From an uncultured Bacteroidota bacterium (GTDB lineage: Bacteria > Bacteroidota > Bacteroidia > Chitinophagales > Chitinophagaceae): a stretch of 64,000 bases of DNA. Positions within the stretch are counted from its first letter, which is position 1, and each line of letters opens with the position of its first letter. The DNA is taken from positions 1,041-65,040 of the forward strand of contig CAIJXU010000089.1 in NCBI GenBank assembly GCA_903824725.1. The letters run 5' to 3'. A program made the position numbers and the translations under genes. Below, piece after piece: positions 20,842 through 31,340 of the stretch. The notes below the pieces were generated by a model that was given only the letters and a program-made list of their open reading frames with translations, was not told the DNA's origin and did no database searches.

Positions 20842-22161
20842 ATGAGGGTAATGAAATTTGGAGGAACAAGCGTGGGTAAGCCTGATCGAATGCATCAGGT
20901 ATCGCAATTAATTACAAGTAATGCCGAGCCTACGATCGTAGTATTAAGTGCGTTAAGTGGAACTACAAATGCATTGGTTGAAATTAGTCAAAGTTTGGCG
21001 GTACAAAATAAGAAAGCAGCAGGTGAAAAAATTGAAACACTCGAAAAATATTACGCACAATTTATTGCTGATTTGTATCAGGATGAAACACTTAAAAACA
21101 AAGCTGCTGATATCATAAAGGAACATTTTGAATTTTTGAAAATCACGCAACGCATTTCATTAAGCGATGCATTGAATAAGGATATCTTAGCGCAAGGTGA
21201 ATTAATGAGCACCAAACTTTTTTCAATTTACCTAGAACAAGAAAAAATAGAACATGCTTTATTGCCTGCATTGGATTTCATGTGCTTAGACAGCAACGAT
21301 GAACCTGATTTAATTAATATACAAGCAAAAATAAAAGGGGTATTAGCACAACACGCTTCCAAAACATTATTTATTACACAAGGTTATATTTGTCGCAACG
21401 CAAAAGGAGAAGTAGATAATTTAAAAAGAGGGGGTAGTGATTATACAGCATCTTTAATAGCAGCTGCTGTAAAAGCAAGTGTTTGTGAAATTTGGACTGA
21501 CATTGATGGCATGCATAATAATGATCCAAGGGTGGTTGATAAAACAGTTGCCATTGAGCAATTAAGTTTTGATGAAGCGGCTGAGTTAGCCTATTTCGGT
21601 GCAAAAATTTTACATCCTACTTGTATTTGGCCAGCACAACAGGAAAATATTCCTGTGAAATTATTAAACACTATGCAGCCAAGTGCACCGGGCACTGTGA
21701 TTAAAAAAGAGGCAGGAAGTGTGGGCGTAAAAGCAGTTGCTGCCAAAGATGGTATCATTGCAATCAAGATTAAGAGTAGCCGTATGTTATTGGCGTATGG
21801 ATTTTTAAGAAAAATATTTGAAGTTTTTGAAAAATATAAAACTCCTATCGATATGGTCACTACTTCAGAAGTAGCTGTATCTGTATCCATTGATAGTGAT
21901 TTGCATTTAGATGAGATCATTTCCGAATTAAATAATATTGCATCTATTGAATTGCAAAAAAATCAAACCATCGTTTCCATCGTTGGTAATGAAATTGCAC
22001 AAACAGATGCGGTATTGCAAAAGCTATTTGCTTGTATCAATGAAATACCTGTTACCATGGTGAGCTACGGAGGAAGTCATCATAATATTTCATTGCTAAT
22101 ACCAAGTGAATACAAAACTAAAACTTTACAACTAGTAAATAAGGGGTTGTTTAATTTGTAA
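20842..22161 (+). CDS. lysC: Aspartate kinase
   Basis: KFGGTSV, RGGSDYTA, WTDIDG, FGAKILHP, ACT domains. Promoter TACCTTTG at 20798-20805. Confidence 0.95.
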   Translation: MRVMKFGGTSVGKPDRMHQVSQLITSNAEPTIVVLSALSGTTNALVEISQSLAVQNKKAAGEKIETLEKYYAQFIADLYQDETLKNKAADIIKEHFEFLKITQRISLSDALNKDILAQGELMSTKLFSIYLEQEKIEHALLPALDFMCLDSNDEPDLINIQAKIKGVLAQHASKTLFITQGYICRNAKGEVDNLKRGGSDYTASLIAAAVKASVCEIWTDIDGMHNNDPRVVDKTVAIEQLSFDEAAELAYFGAKILHPTCIWPAQQENIPVKLLNTMQPSAPGTVIKKEAGSVGVKAVAAKDGIIAIKIKSSRMLLAYGFLRKIFEVFEKYKTPIDMVTTSEVAVSVSIDSDLHLDEIISELNNIASIELQKNQTIVSIVGNEIAQTDAVLQKLFACINEIPVTMVSYGGSHHNISLLIPSEYKTKTLQLVNKGLFNL

Positions 22162-22173
22162 TGAATTTTTGAT

Positions 22174-24369
22174 TTAAAATTTTGCTCCAATTGAAATAAA
22201 TAAATTGCGTCCATCTGCAGGAAGTGCACCTGGTCCTGGATAGCCCCCAGCGCGTCTTGTAAAATATCTTTCATCCAATAAGTTATTGATTCCCGCTTTT
22301 AGTTGCACTATTTTAGAAAACTTATAACTACCTGTTAAGTCTGTAATTGAATAGGAGGGGATGCGTCCAGTATTGCCATTTGCACTTGCAACATAAGTAT
22401 TATTTGCATCACTAAAGGAGGCGCCAACAAAACTTAATTGTGCGGTTAGTAGAAATTTTTTATATCCATAGCTGATACCTCCTCTGAAAATATCAGTAGG
22501 GGCATTTTCAACTTTTTTGCCCCTGGTATTAGCGTCTTTATGATCACTGCTATAGGTTGCATTCGTATATGCGTAGGAGCTAAATAAAATTAAATCAGTG
22601 GTTTGACTATTTGAAAATGCCCTTACAGGATTAAATTCAATATAAGATTCTATACCCTGACTAATACTTGAACCTATATTGGTGATGAGCCTGTAGCTGC
22701 CATTTGAGGACGTAATGGTACCGACACGGTTGTTGTACTTCAAATAAAATCCACTAATATCAAATTGAATATAATTTTTCACTTTACCTCTATAGCCAAT
22801 ATCTAAATTATACCCTTTGGCATCTTTTAATTCAGGGTCAACCAAATCTGTAGTGGGAGGTGCTTGTAAATTTGCAAATTGAATTGGCCTGTATGCTTGT
22901 GATACATTTGCATAAAATTCTGTGCTTCTAGTTATGTGGTATTCTGATCCAATGCCTGCAATTATGAAATTTCTACTTCTAGTGATATTTTGTAAATTAA
23001 TTTCTATTCCATTAGTGGTTATGCCATTTCTTCCAGCTGCTGAACCTTCAAGCCATTCATATCTTATACCTGGAATTATATATAACTTTTCTGAAAATTT
23101 AAAAATATTTTCAATAAAACCAGCGGCATTAGATGAGGCAAAACTTATATCTTTAGGATAAGTACCAGAAATGGTAATATCATAATTTGTTCCTGTGCTA
23201 CCTATGCCATCTGCTAATCTATGGGTAGTTCCTTTGTACAATCTTATACCTGCTGCAATTGTGTTTTTATATTTTCCAATTGCATATTCACTTATGATCC
23301 TACTTTCAATACCGTAGTTTCTGTATTTATCTAAATTAACTATCCTATTATTAAATTGGTTTGCAACAGCATTGATGCTGTCTTTTATAGTGATCGATTG
23401 TAAAAACCCCACACTATTTCGATCGCCAATGGTTCCAAAAATTTTTGTATTCCAACGGCTATGTTCATTTATTTCGTATTTTAGTATTATTGCGGGGGTC
23501 ATCCATTTAATATCAAACCAGTTTCTGTTTCTGAAGCTTTGTTTTGAATCTTGTTTTATTTGTACATCTGTTAAACCACCAGCTTGTTGACTTCTAGTAT
23601 GAGAATACATTATTTCAAATCTAAGTAAAAATTTATTTGTAAAATTATACGTAATAGATCCGAATCCGGATTTTGTATAAAATTGACTATTGTTTCGCCA
23701 TCCTTCCCCATTTCGTTGATCAAAAAATGAATAATAATGTATTTTTCCACGCTTACCACCTAGTGCATTATAGCTGTTGAATAAACCATTGCTTCCAATG
23801 GTTTGTTGCGTTTCAAATTCGATTGGCTTATTTATTTCATTTCCATCCTTTAAAATATAGTTTACCATTCCCCCGAATTGTGGTCCATATTGTAGTGCAC
23901 CCTGACCTCTTACTATTTCAATTCTTTGTATAGCTTGTAGTTGTGGATTATAATAAGCTTCAGGATAACCAAATGGATCTGCAGCTATATCATATCCATT
24001 TTGTCTAACATTAAATTCCCAGCTTCTATTTGGACTTAAACCTCTTGCTGCTATACCAATTTGAATTCCGCTTGGGTCACTCTCCCAAATATGTATTCCT
24101 GGTACTTTTGCTAATACTTGACGCATGATATTATTAGAAATATTCCCTTGAACATTTTCAACAACAATTAAAGCATTCTTTTTCCCAGCATAAATAGTTG
24201 TACCAACAATTTCTGGTAGTTGTTGGTAATCACTTTTGCTATTCCTGCCAACAACAGTGATGTCGGGCAATTTTTTCCATTGTAAACTGTCCTTAATTTT
24301 ATCTTGAGCATTAATTTTTTGCACTAGAATACTAATTAAGAACATTGAAATGCTTATTTTTCTTATCAT
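22174..24369 (-). CDS. TonB-dependent receptor, FecA-like
   Basis: Plug motifs (KVPGI, RGLSPNRS, IEIVRGQGALQYGPQFGGMVN), C-terminal GINNLLDERYFTRR...GAKF. The start is uncertain (24405, 24369 or slightly later); a -7 promoter at 24377-24384 argues against 24405. Confidence 0.85.
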   Translation of the reverse strand: MIRKISISMFLISILVQKINAQDKIKDSLQWKKLPDITVVGRNSKSDYQQLPEIVGTTIYAGKKNALIVVENVQGNISNNIMRQVLAKVPGIHIWESDPSGIQIGIAARGLSPNRSWEFNVRQNGYDIAADPFGYPEAYYNPQLQAIQRIEIVRGQGALQYGPQFGGMVNYILKDGNEINKPIEFETQQTIGSNGLFNSYNALGGKRGKIHYYSFFDQRNGEGWRNNSQFYTKSGFGSITYNFTNKFLLRFEIMYSHTRSQQAGGLTDVQIKQDSKQSFRNRNWFDIKWMTPAIILKYEINEHSRWNTKIFGTIGDRNSVGFLQSITIKDSINAVANQFNNRIVNLDKYRNYGIESRIISEYAIGKYKNTIAAGIRLYKGTTHRLADGIGSTGTNYDITISGTYPKDISFASSNAAGFIENIFKFSEKLYIIPGIRYEWLEGSAAGRNGITTNGIEINLQNITRSRNFIIAGIGSEYHITRSTEFYANVSQAYRPIQFANLQAPPTTDLVDPELKDAKGYNLDIGYRGKVKNYIQFDISGFYLKYNNRVGTITSSNGSYRLITNIGSSISQGIESYIEFNPVRAFSNSQTTDLILFSSYAYTNATYSSDHKDANTRGKKVENAPTDIFRGGISYGYKKFLLTAQLSFVGASFSDANNTYVASANGNTGRIPSYSITDLTGSYKFSKIVQLKAGINNLLDERYFTRRAGGYPGPGALPADGRNLFISIGAKF

Positions 24370-24440
24370 TCTAGGGCAAAAATAGAATCTATTAAATTTT
24401 CTCATTTTTGAAATAAGGAAAACTGATTTATGTTATACGG

Positions 24441-24474
24441 AAAAATAAAAAAGGCCCCGATAAATCGAGGCCTT
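24441..24474 (-). terminator. Intrinsic terminator after queA (CCCGA-N4-TCGGG family)
   Basis: Minus strand AAGGCCTCGA-TTTA-TCGGGGCCTT followed by TTTTATTTTT. Confidence 0.8.
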
Positions 24475-24494
24475 AATAAATGGGTACTTAAAAA

Positions 24495-25544
24495 TTATAT
24501 GAATAATAAAGCATCTCCGTAACTAAAGAAACGGTATTTATCTTTTATTGCTTTTTTATAAGCTTCCATTGCTAATTCATATCCGGCAAAAGCACATGAC
24601 ATAATTAACAAACTTGTTTTAGGTAAATGGAAATTGGTCACTAAGCTGTCTGCAATATTAAAATTGTAAGGAGGATGAATGAAATGATTCGTCCAACCTT
24701 CTGCAGGCTTTAATAACCTTTGTGCAGTTACACTGCTTTCCATGGCGCGCATAGCCGTTGTTCCAATAGAGCAAACACGACGACCATTTTGCTTCGCTGT
24801 ATTAATAATTTTACAAGCTTCTTCATCGATACGGAAATATTCAGCATCCATTTTATGTTTGCTTAAATCTTCTACTTCAATGGGTCTGAATGTACTTAAT
24901 CCTGTGTGTAAGGTTACTTCAGCAAAACGAATTCCTAAAATTTCAGAACGCTTAATTAATTCTTTACTAAAGTGTAATCCAGCAGTAGGAGCAGCAACAG
25001 CACCTTCGTATTTTGCATAAACGGTTTGATATCTTTCTTTATCTTCTTCGTCTGGCTTGCGTTTAATATATTTAGGCAAAGGAGTCTCTCCTAAAAATTC
25101 TAACATTTTTCTAAAACCTTCGTCGTCTCCTTCCCATAAAAATCGAATGGTACGGCCACGGCTTGTGGTGTTGTCAATGACTTCGGCTACTAATTCTTCG
25201 TTTTCGCCAAAATACAATTTGTTTCCTACACGAATTTTTCTTGCGGGATCAACTATGACATCCCATAAACGATTGGGCTTATTTAATTCTCTTAATAAGA
25301 AAACTTCAATCTTAGCGCCAGTTTTTTCCTTACGCCCATACATACGAGCTGGAAATACTTTTGTGTTGTTTACTACAAAAACATCTTTGTCATCATAGTA
25401 CTCTAATAAATCAGAAAAATTTCGGTTTTCCATGTGGCCGTTTTGACGGTTAACCACTAGGAGTCTGCTGTCTTCTCTACGCTTGGTAGGATATTGAGCA
25501 ATGAGATTTAAAGGTAGGTCGTACCTAAATTGAGAAAGTTTCAT
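24495..25544 (-). CDS. queA: S-adenosylmethionine:tRNA ribosyltransferase-isomerase
   Basis: [53 protein letters not shown]. Confidence 0.97.
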   Translation of the reverse strand: MKLSQFRYDLPLNLIAQYPTKRREDSRLLVVNRQNGHMENRNFSDLLEYYDDKDVFVVNNTKVFPARMYGRKEKTGAKIEVFLLRELNKPNRLWDVIVDPARKIRVGNKLYFGENEELVAEVIDNTTSRGRTIRFLWEGDDEGFRKMLEFLGETPLPKYIKRKPDEEDKERYQTVYAKYEGAVAAPTAGLHFSKELIKRSEILGIRFAEVTLHTGLSTFRPIEVEDLSKHKMDAEYFRIDEEACKIINTAKQNGRRVCSIGTTAMRAMESSVTAQRLLKPAEGWTNHFIHPPYNFNIADSLVTNFHLPKTSLLIMSCAFAGYELAMEAYKKAIKDKYRFFSYGDALLFI

Positions 25545-25565
25545 TTGTGTCTATTTTTGGTGATA

Positions 25566-25617
25566 GCCACATTAAGTTTACTACAGCCTTACGGGGCAGT
25601 TCGCTTCATGTTACGGC
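25566..25617 (-). promoter_or_regulatory. Structured 5' leader hairpin upstream of queA
   Basis: Minus strand GCC..ACAU.AAG..ACUGC.CC-GUAA-GG..GUAGU..CUU.AUGU-GGC, with a G-U pair and a GNRA loop on the sense strand. -7 promoter TACATTTG at 25634-25641. Confidence 0.45.
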
Positions 25618-25765
25618 ATGAAAATTATGGACGCAAATGTACAACTTTAGCAGTAATTTTGCCCCAACAACATTTGTATCTAAAATTGGGCAATTTGATT
25701 GAAAGTGCTAGCTTTGCAAACAATTGTTAGTTTTTGGATGATGTTGGGTAAAAACAAATTAATCT

Positions 25766-26446
25766 ATGTTGAAAGCTAAATGGTGGAAAGTATTATCCTT
25801 TGTTCTTTTGTTGTACACCTGTACCTATGGTTTTATTGTGAAAGTACCTAAGTTAGATGATCGTATGCGTGAATCTATCCGCAATATGTTTTTTCATGTA
25901 CCCATGTGGTTTGGCATGATGATCTTATTTTTTGTTTCATTAGTATATGCCATTAAATATTTAAGAACTGCAAATCCAGTTCATGATGTGTATTCCTCAA
26001 GTTATGCTTCAATAGGATTATTGTTTGGCACTTTGGGAATTATAACGGGTGCATTTTGGGCAAACTATCAATGGGGGAGTCCATGGGTAGGTGATCCTAA
26101 GCAAAATGGAGCAGCCATCGCATTGTTAATTTACTTTGCTTATTTTGTTTTAAGAGGAAGTTTATTGGATATGGAAAAACGCGCTAGATTATCTGCTGTG
26201 TATAATATTTTCTCCTTTTTTATGTTATTCCCTACTTTATGGATTTTACCAAGGTTGACAGAATCTTTACACCCTGGTGGACAAGGTAGTGAAGGGAATC
26301 CTGGGATTAATGGAAAGGATATGTCAACGGAAATGCGTACTGTTTTTTATCCAGCAGTCATTGGATGGACTTTACTTGGCGTTTGGATCAGCACGATACA
26401 TATTCGTGTGCAACTATTAAAATTAAAAAAAGAAGAACTTTTATAA
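25766..26446 (+). CDS. ccmC: Cytochrome c biogenesis heme exporter CcmC (CcsA family)
   Basis: FFHVPMW, Trp-rich motif GAFWANYQWGSPWVGDPK, SLHP. 6 TM segments. Confidence 0.88.
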   Translation: MLKAKWWKVLSFVLLLYTCTYGFIVKVPKLDDRMRESIRNMFFHVPMWFGMMILFFVSLVYAIKYLRTANPVHDVYSSSYASIGLLFGTLGIITGAFWANYQWGSPWVGDPKQNGAAIALLIYFAYFVLRGSLLDMEKRARLSAVYNIFSFFMLFPTLWILPRLTESLHPGGQGSEGNPGINGKDMSTEMRTVFYPAVIGWTLLGVWISTIHIRVQLLKLKKEELL

Positions 26447-26470
26447 ATTATAAAAAATAAATTTTAAGAT

Positions 26471-26644
26471 ATGATATCTATTTTACAAGCTATGACAGCA
26501 AACAATACCGACAACTTAATGATAAGAGATGGTAAGATTTATTTAGTAATGACTATCGTGAGTATTATTCTTGTTGGCTTATTTATTTATGTTGCATCTA
26601 TTGACAAAAAGATAAGTCAACTTGAAAGCAGCTCAAAAGATTAG
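26471..26644 (+). CDS. ccmD: CcmD-family small membrane protein (57 aa); absent from ORF track
   Basis: Translated by hand: MISILQAMTANNTDNLMIRDGKIYLVMTIVSIILVGLFIYVASIDKKISQLESSSKD*. GKIY + TM + DKKISxLE pattern directly after ccmC. Confidence 0.75.
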   Translation: MISILQAMTANNTDNLMIRDGKIYLVMTIVSIILVGLFIYVASIDKKISQLESSSKD

Positions 26645-26693
26645 TTTTTTATTTCTTGCTAAAAAATGAATGTACCATTAAAACTTCAAAAAT

Positions 26694-28115
26694 ATGAGTA
26701 ACCATCAGGAATATAGTTTCTTTGAAAGTGTAGAAAAAAGTTTTGATAAAGCATCTAAATTTACTTCATGGGAGCAAGGAATATTAGATCAAATAAAAGC
26801 ATGTAATAGTATTTATAGTATGCGTTTTCCTGTTAAAATGGACGACGGACATATTGAAGTAATTGAAGCGTATCGTGTTCAACATTCACAACATAAATCA
26901 CCATGTAAAGGAGGTATTCGTTTTAGCATGGCGGTGAATCAAGATGAAGTGATGGCATTGGCCGCACTAATGACTTATAAATGTGCCATTGTGAATGTGC
27001 CCTTTGGCGGAGCTAAAGGCGGAATTAAAATTAGCCCTCGTAATTTAAGTGCGTATGAATTAGAAAAAATAACCAGAAGATATACTTCTGAATTAGTAAA
27101 GAAAAATTTTATTGGTCCTGGTATTGATGTTCCCGCGCCCGATTACGGAACAGGTGAAAGAGAAATGGCATGGATTGTTGATACATATCAATCATTAAAA
27201 CCAGGAGAGATAGATGCAGCAGGTTGTGTGACCGGTAAGCCAATATCTTTAGGGGGTGTGAGAGGTCGTAAAGAAGCCACTGGATTAGGCGTATTTTTTG
27301 GTGTAAGAGAGGTTTGTTTAATGGAGGATCAGATGACAAAATTGGGATTACCAGTTGGTATAGAAGATAAAAATGTGATTGTACAAGGCCTTGGTAATGT
27401 GGGTTATTTTTCTGCTAAGTTTTTCAGAGAACATGGTGCTAAAGTTATTGCCATTGCTGAATTTGAAGGAGCTATTCATAACGCAGCAGGCTTGAATGAA
27501 GAAGAAGTTTTTCAACATCGTAAAAAAACGGGAAGTATTTTAAATTTTCCTGGTGCTACTAATATAGAAAATAGCGCATCTGCTCTCGAAATGGAATGTG
27601 ATATTTTAATTCCAGCAGCATTAGAAAATGTGATTGATAAAAACAACGCACCAAAAATTAAGGCAAAAATTATTGGAGAAGCTGCCAATGGGCCTTTAAC
27701 ACCTGAGGCTGATGAGATATTATCTAAGAAAGGCATTTTAGTTATTCCTGATATGTATTTAAATGCAGGTGGTGTAACTGTATCTTATTTTGAGTGGTTG
27801 AAAAACTTAAGCCATGTAAGGTATGGTCGATTAGAAAAAAGATTTACCGAAAATGCAAATATTAATATCCTAAATCAAATCGAAGAATTAACAGGTAAAA
27901 AAGTTACTGAATCTGAAAAGGAAATTATTGCACATGGACCGGATGAAATTGATTTAGTGCATAGTGGCTTAGAAGAAACTATGATTAATGCCACAAGAGA
28001 AATCATGGATATTTGGAAAGCGAATCCTTCCATCCCAGATATGAGAACGGCTGCTTATGTTTGTGCTATCAATAAAGTAGGTACTTCCTATGCTGAATTA
28101 GGAATTTTCCCATAG
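26694..28115 (+). CDS. gdhA: Glu/Leu/Phe/Val dehydrogenase (glutamate dehydrogenase)
   Basis: [50 protein letters not shown]. Confidence 0.93.
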   Translation: MSNHQEYSFFESVEKSFDKASKFTSWEQGILDQIKACNSIYSMRFPVKMDDGHIEVIEAYRVQHSQHKSPCKGGIRFSMAVNQDEVMALAALMTYKCAIVNVPFGGAKGGIKISPRNLSAYELEKITRRYTSELVKKNFIGPGIDVPAPDYGTGEREMAWIVDTYQSLKPGEIDAAGCVTGKPISLGGVRGRKEATGLGVFFGVREVCLMEDQMTKLGLPVGIEDKNVIVQGLGNVGYFSAKFFREHGAKVIAIAEFEGAIHNAAGLNEEEVFQHRKKTGSILNFPGATNIENSASALEMECDILIPAALENVIDKNNAPKIKAKIIGEAANGPLTPEADEILSKKGILVIPDMYLNAGGVTVSYFEWLKNLSHVRYGRLEKRFTENANINILNQIEELTGKKVTESEKEIIAHGPDEIDLVHSGLEETMINATREIMDIWKANPSIPDMRTAAYVCAINKVGTSYAELGIFP

Positions 28116-28133
28116 TATTTGCAAAAAAACAAT

Positions 28134-28568
28134 TTAGAGATAGCTTGGGAAATCTTGTAATGGATGCAATTGTCCTGAAATAATTTCAGCACCATGGGTT
28201 TGATGTCCATTGGTAATAATTAAATAGGAAGCCTCGAGTACTTGTTGGTATTGCAATATTTGTAGTAGTGTTTTTTCGCCAATTTCAACTTTGGCTTCTT
28301 TACATTCAATAATCATCCAAGGCTTTTCATTTTTATATACCACCACATCAAATCGTTTTTTTAATTCTCCTAATTGTATTGTTTTTTCAACTGCAATTAA
28401 TGCGTTAGGATAATGACAAATCTGCACTAAATATTGAAGTATATTTTGCCTTACCCATTCCTCAGGAGTCAAGAATACCCATATCTTACGAAAGGGATCA
28501 AATATGTGGTCCTTGCCTGATTGCTGTTGAATTTTAAAAGGATAGGAGGGGTAAATCAAAGCTTGCAT
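28134..28568 (-). CDS. Stand-alone HsdR N-terminal (HSDR_N_2)-domain protein
   Basis: IFDPFRK..LTPEEWVRQ, RFDVV, IECK, QILQY, ITNG (PD-(D/E)xK fold). Start reassigned to 28568. Confidence 0.82.
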   Translation of the reverse strand: MQALIYPSYPFKIQQQSGKDHIFDPFRKIWVFLTPEEWVRQNILQYLVQICHYPNALIAVEKTIQLGELKKRFDVVVYKNEKPWMIIECKEAKVEIGEKTLLQILQYQQVLEASYLIITNGHQTHGAEIISGQLHPLQDFPSYL

Positions 28569-28665
28569 GAAGATGTGCGATAAAATTTGTAATTTTAAAT
28601 AGTAGTACTTCAAAGATAAGGACAGAAACCTAGGGAAGTATTGAACATCGATAAAAATATTTAAT

Positions 28666-29436
28666 ATGAAATCGAAACAAGAAATAGTAGACAATTGGTT
28701 GCCAAGGTACACCGGTGCTGGCTTAGAACAATTTGGCAAGTACATCTTATTAACCAATTTTAGTCATTATGTAAATATGTTTGCCCAAAAGCATAAGGTG
28801 GAAGTCATTGGTAAAGATCGACCTATGCAATGTGCAACTGCCGAAGGAATAACTATTATTAATTTTGGAATGGGAAGTCCTGGCGCTGCGACCATCATGG
28901 ATTTATTAACGGCTATACAACCCGAAGCTGTTTTATTTTTAGGGAAATGCGGCGGCTTAAAAAAGAGAAATAAAATAGGGGATTTAATTTTACCTATTGC
29001 AGCCATAAGAGGAGAGGGAACTTCTAATGATTATTTCCCACCCGAAGTGCCAGCGATGCCTGCCTTCGCATTACAAAAAGCCATTTCAACTACAATACGT
29101 GATAGCGGTGTAGATTATTGGACGGGGACTGTATATACCACGAATCGTCGTGTATGGGAACATGATGACATTTTTAAACAATACCTCACTGATATTCGTG
29201 CATACGCCATTGATATGGAAACCGCTACTATCTTCACTGTTGGTTTTTATAATAAAATTCCAACTGGAGCCTTATTATTAGTAAGTGATTCTCCTATGAT
29301 TCCTGAAGGTGTTAAAACCGAAGCCAGCGATACAATGGTAACTGCCGAGTTTGTCGAAAGACATTTGAATATTGGTATTGATTCATTGAAGCAGCTCATC
29401 AATAATGGTCAAACAGTCAGACATTTGCAGTTTTAA
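28666..29436 (+). CDS. amn: AMP nucleosidase (Bacteroidota type)
   Basis: NWLPRYTG, ILLTNF, FGMGSP, FLGKCGGL, AIRGEGTS, TTNRRVWE, DMETAT. Confidence 0.92.
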   Translation: MKSKQEIVDNWLPRYTGAGLEQFGKYILLTNFSHYVNMFAQKHKVEVIGKDRPMQCATAEGITIINFGMGSPGAATIMDLLTAIQPEAVLFLGKCGGLKKRNKIGDLILPIAAIRGEGTSNDYFPPEVPAMPAFALQKAISTTIRDSGVDYWTGTVYTTNRRVWEHDDIFKQYLTDIRAYAIDMETATIFTVGFYNKIPTGALLLVSDSPMIPEGVKTEASDTMVTAEFVERHLNIGIDSLKQLINNGQTVRHLQF

Positions 29437-29566
29437 AAAGCTTTAATAAATTAAGTTTTTTAAAACTTTCTCTTTTCGATTTTTTTTACTTTCACCATCC
29501 TATTAAAATTTAGGAATTTTAATAGGTCAGCACCTAAAAGCTTTAATAAATTAAGCTTTTTAAACT
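29436..29566. repeat. Direct repeat pair (100-bp period) flanking a perfect inverted repeat between convergent amn and ccmB
   Basis: AAAAGCTTTAATAAATTAAG at 29436-29455 and 29536-29555, with similarity extending about 12 nt further. CCTATTAAAATT-TAGG-AATTTTAATAGG at 29499-29526. Confidence 0.8.
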
Positions 29567-30222
29567 TATTCCTTCCAAAGGAATGGGAAAAGAATATAGG
29601 ACAATGCAATAATCATTGCATCAAATCCAATTAATATCAATACTAATTCTGGCAAACTATTTTGAACCACATCTGAAAATGCAATGTTTGCTATTTTCAT
29701 CAAAATCATTAATTGAGGTATAATTAATGGGAAGCCAAGTATCGCCATAATAGCGGATGGCTGTTGCGCCTTAGAAGCAATGGCTGCTAAAAAACTAAAC
29801 ACCAAACTTAAGCTAATCCCGCCCAAGCAGCTGATACCAAAAAACAACAAACCATGTTGTAATGGGTTGCCTAATAGTAAAGTAAATAAAAGCAAGCTAA
29901 GCCCACTCATGATGATCATGAGTAAACTATTATAAATTAATTTTGAAAAAATAAAATGAACAGGGCTTGCAATCGTATAAAAATAAAGCATTCTGCCCCT
30001 CCCTTCTTGTAAAAAACTTCGAGCAACGGTGTTGATGCAAATAAATAAAAGAGTCACCCAAAATAAACCATTCCATACATGGTCATCGGGCTGGCCCATG
30101 GTTAAATAAATAACAAAAGTGGTAGAAGCGATGTATAATAGAATGCCAAAAAAAGTATGCTGCTGCCTAAACTCGAGCAAAGCATCTTTTTTTAATAAGG
30201 TATATACTATTTCGAGGCGCAT
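29566..30222 (-). CDS. ccmB: Heme exporter protein CcmB
   Basis: [34 protein letters not shown]. 6 TM segments. Confidence 0.88.
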   Translation of the reverse strand: MRLEIVYTLLKKDALLEFRQQHTFFGILLYIASTTFVIYLTMGQPDDHVWNGLFWVTLLFICINTVARSFLQEGRGRMLYFYTIASPVHFIFSKLIYNSLLMIIMSGLSLLLFTLLLGNPLQHGLLFFGISCLGGISLSLVFSFLAAIASKAQQPSAIMAILGFPLIIPQLMILMKIANIAFSDVVQNSLPELVLILIGFDAMIIALSYILFPFLWKE

Positions 30223-30776
30223 ACTCTACATCTTGGTTCGTAATTATTTTTCTCACCTAACACCACAGTACCTTCTTCATCACTCGTTCGATAGGAGATA
30301 TTGGCTAAGTGACCACATTGAACACAAATAGCATGTAGCTTAGTAATAAAGTCACCTACTGATAAAAGATGTGGCATGGGCCCAAAAGGTTTGCCTAAAT
30401 AGTCCATATCTAATCCTGCAACAATGACTCTTTTACCTTGCATTACTAAAGTTTCACAAACATCAACTATACCTTCGTCAAAAAATTGTGCTTCATCGAT
30501 ACCAATGACATCTGCATCCTTAGCCAATGCAATAATAGCCGATGAGTGGTCTACTTGGGTAGAAGCAATTGAATTGGTATCATGACTTACAATTTTAGTT
30601 ACATCATAACGGGTATCAGTCGCTGGCTTGTATATTTCAATTTTTAAATTGGCAATTTTAGCTCTTTTGAGACGACGAATGAGTTCTTCGGTTTTGCCAC
30701 TAAACATGCTACCGCAAATCACTTCAATCCAACCTCTGCGTTCGCCTGTTAAATTCTGTTCAATAAACATAGACAA
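30207..30776 (-). CDS. tdk: Thymidine kinase
   Basis: [31 protein letters not shown]-terminal Zn site with YEPRCRVC. Confidence 0.96.
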   Translation of the reverse strand: MSMFIEQNLTGERRGWIEVICGSMFSGKTEELIRRLKRAKIANLKIEIYKPATDTRYDVTKIVSHDTNSIASTQVDHSSAIIALAKDADVIGIDEAQFFDEGIVDVCETLVMQGKRVIVAGLDMDYLGKPFGPMPHLLSVGDFITKLHAICVQCGHLANISYRTSDEEGTVVLGEKNNYEPRCRVCASK

Positions 30777-30842
30777 TATTTAAATTGGTTTCTTCGTTTT
30801 AATAACAAGGGTAAAGTTATTGCCTCAAAAGTAAACATTCCT

Positions 30843-31340
30843 ATGGATAGAGTAAGGTCTTTGGTGGATAAATTAAGGGAAGATTTGCACCAAAATGCAG
30901 ATATCTCAGCATTAAAATTAACGGCTCAGCAGTTATTAGCTGCGCTAGAGGAAAGAGCCATTATAAAACCCTTGCCAGAACAAATCTATATGGAAGCCCC
31001 AGCGGAGCCGGCTAGTTCACCCGAAGTCATACCCGCTCCCTTGGAAGTTGCAGTCGCTTTATCTGCCCCTGTTAAGGAAGTGATTGATCATATCTTCTTA
31101 GAACCCATCAAGGATTTAAGATCGGCCATTGGTATTAATGACAAGTTTCAATTTATTCAAGCATTATTTGGGGGAGATGAAAAATCTTTTGAAGCAGGTA
31201 TTAAAACTATAAATTCATTTAAGATATTTCCAGAGGCCCAGTTTTATATAAAAAGAGAATTAAGAGAAAAAAATAATTGGGATGAAGAGTCGCCCGTTGT
31301 AAAAAGTTTTGATCAATTGGTTAAAAGACGTTTTTCCTGA
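30843..31340 (+). CDS. Conserved hypothetical protein
   Basis: Helical N-terminus, Pro/Ala-rich linker, C-terminal DLRSAIGINDKFQFIQALFGGD...NW...VKRRF domain typical of Bacteroidota. Confidence 0.7.
   Translation: MDRVRSLVDKLREDLHQNADISALKLTAQQLLAALEERAIIKPLPEQIYMEAPAEPASSPEVIPAPLEVAVALSAPVKEVIDHIFLEPIKDLRSAIGINDKFQFIQALFGGDEKSFEAGIKTINSFKIFPEAQFYIKRELREKNNWDEESPVVKSFDQLVKRRFS

Noticed and set aside
28134-28568. HsdR N-terminal domain as a type I restriction/defence system
   Set aside because: Short stand-alone domain without helicase, hsdM or hsdS, in a housekeeping context next to amn.
29436-29566. Mini CRISPR array
   Set aside because: Only two repeat copies, 80-bp spacing, very AT-rich, and no cas genes.
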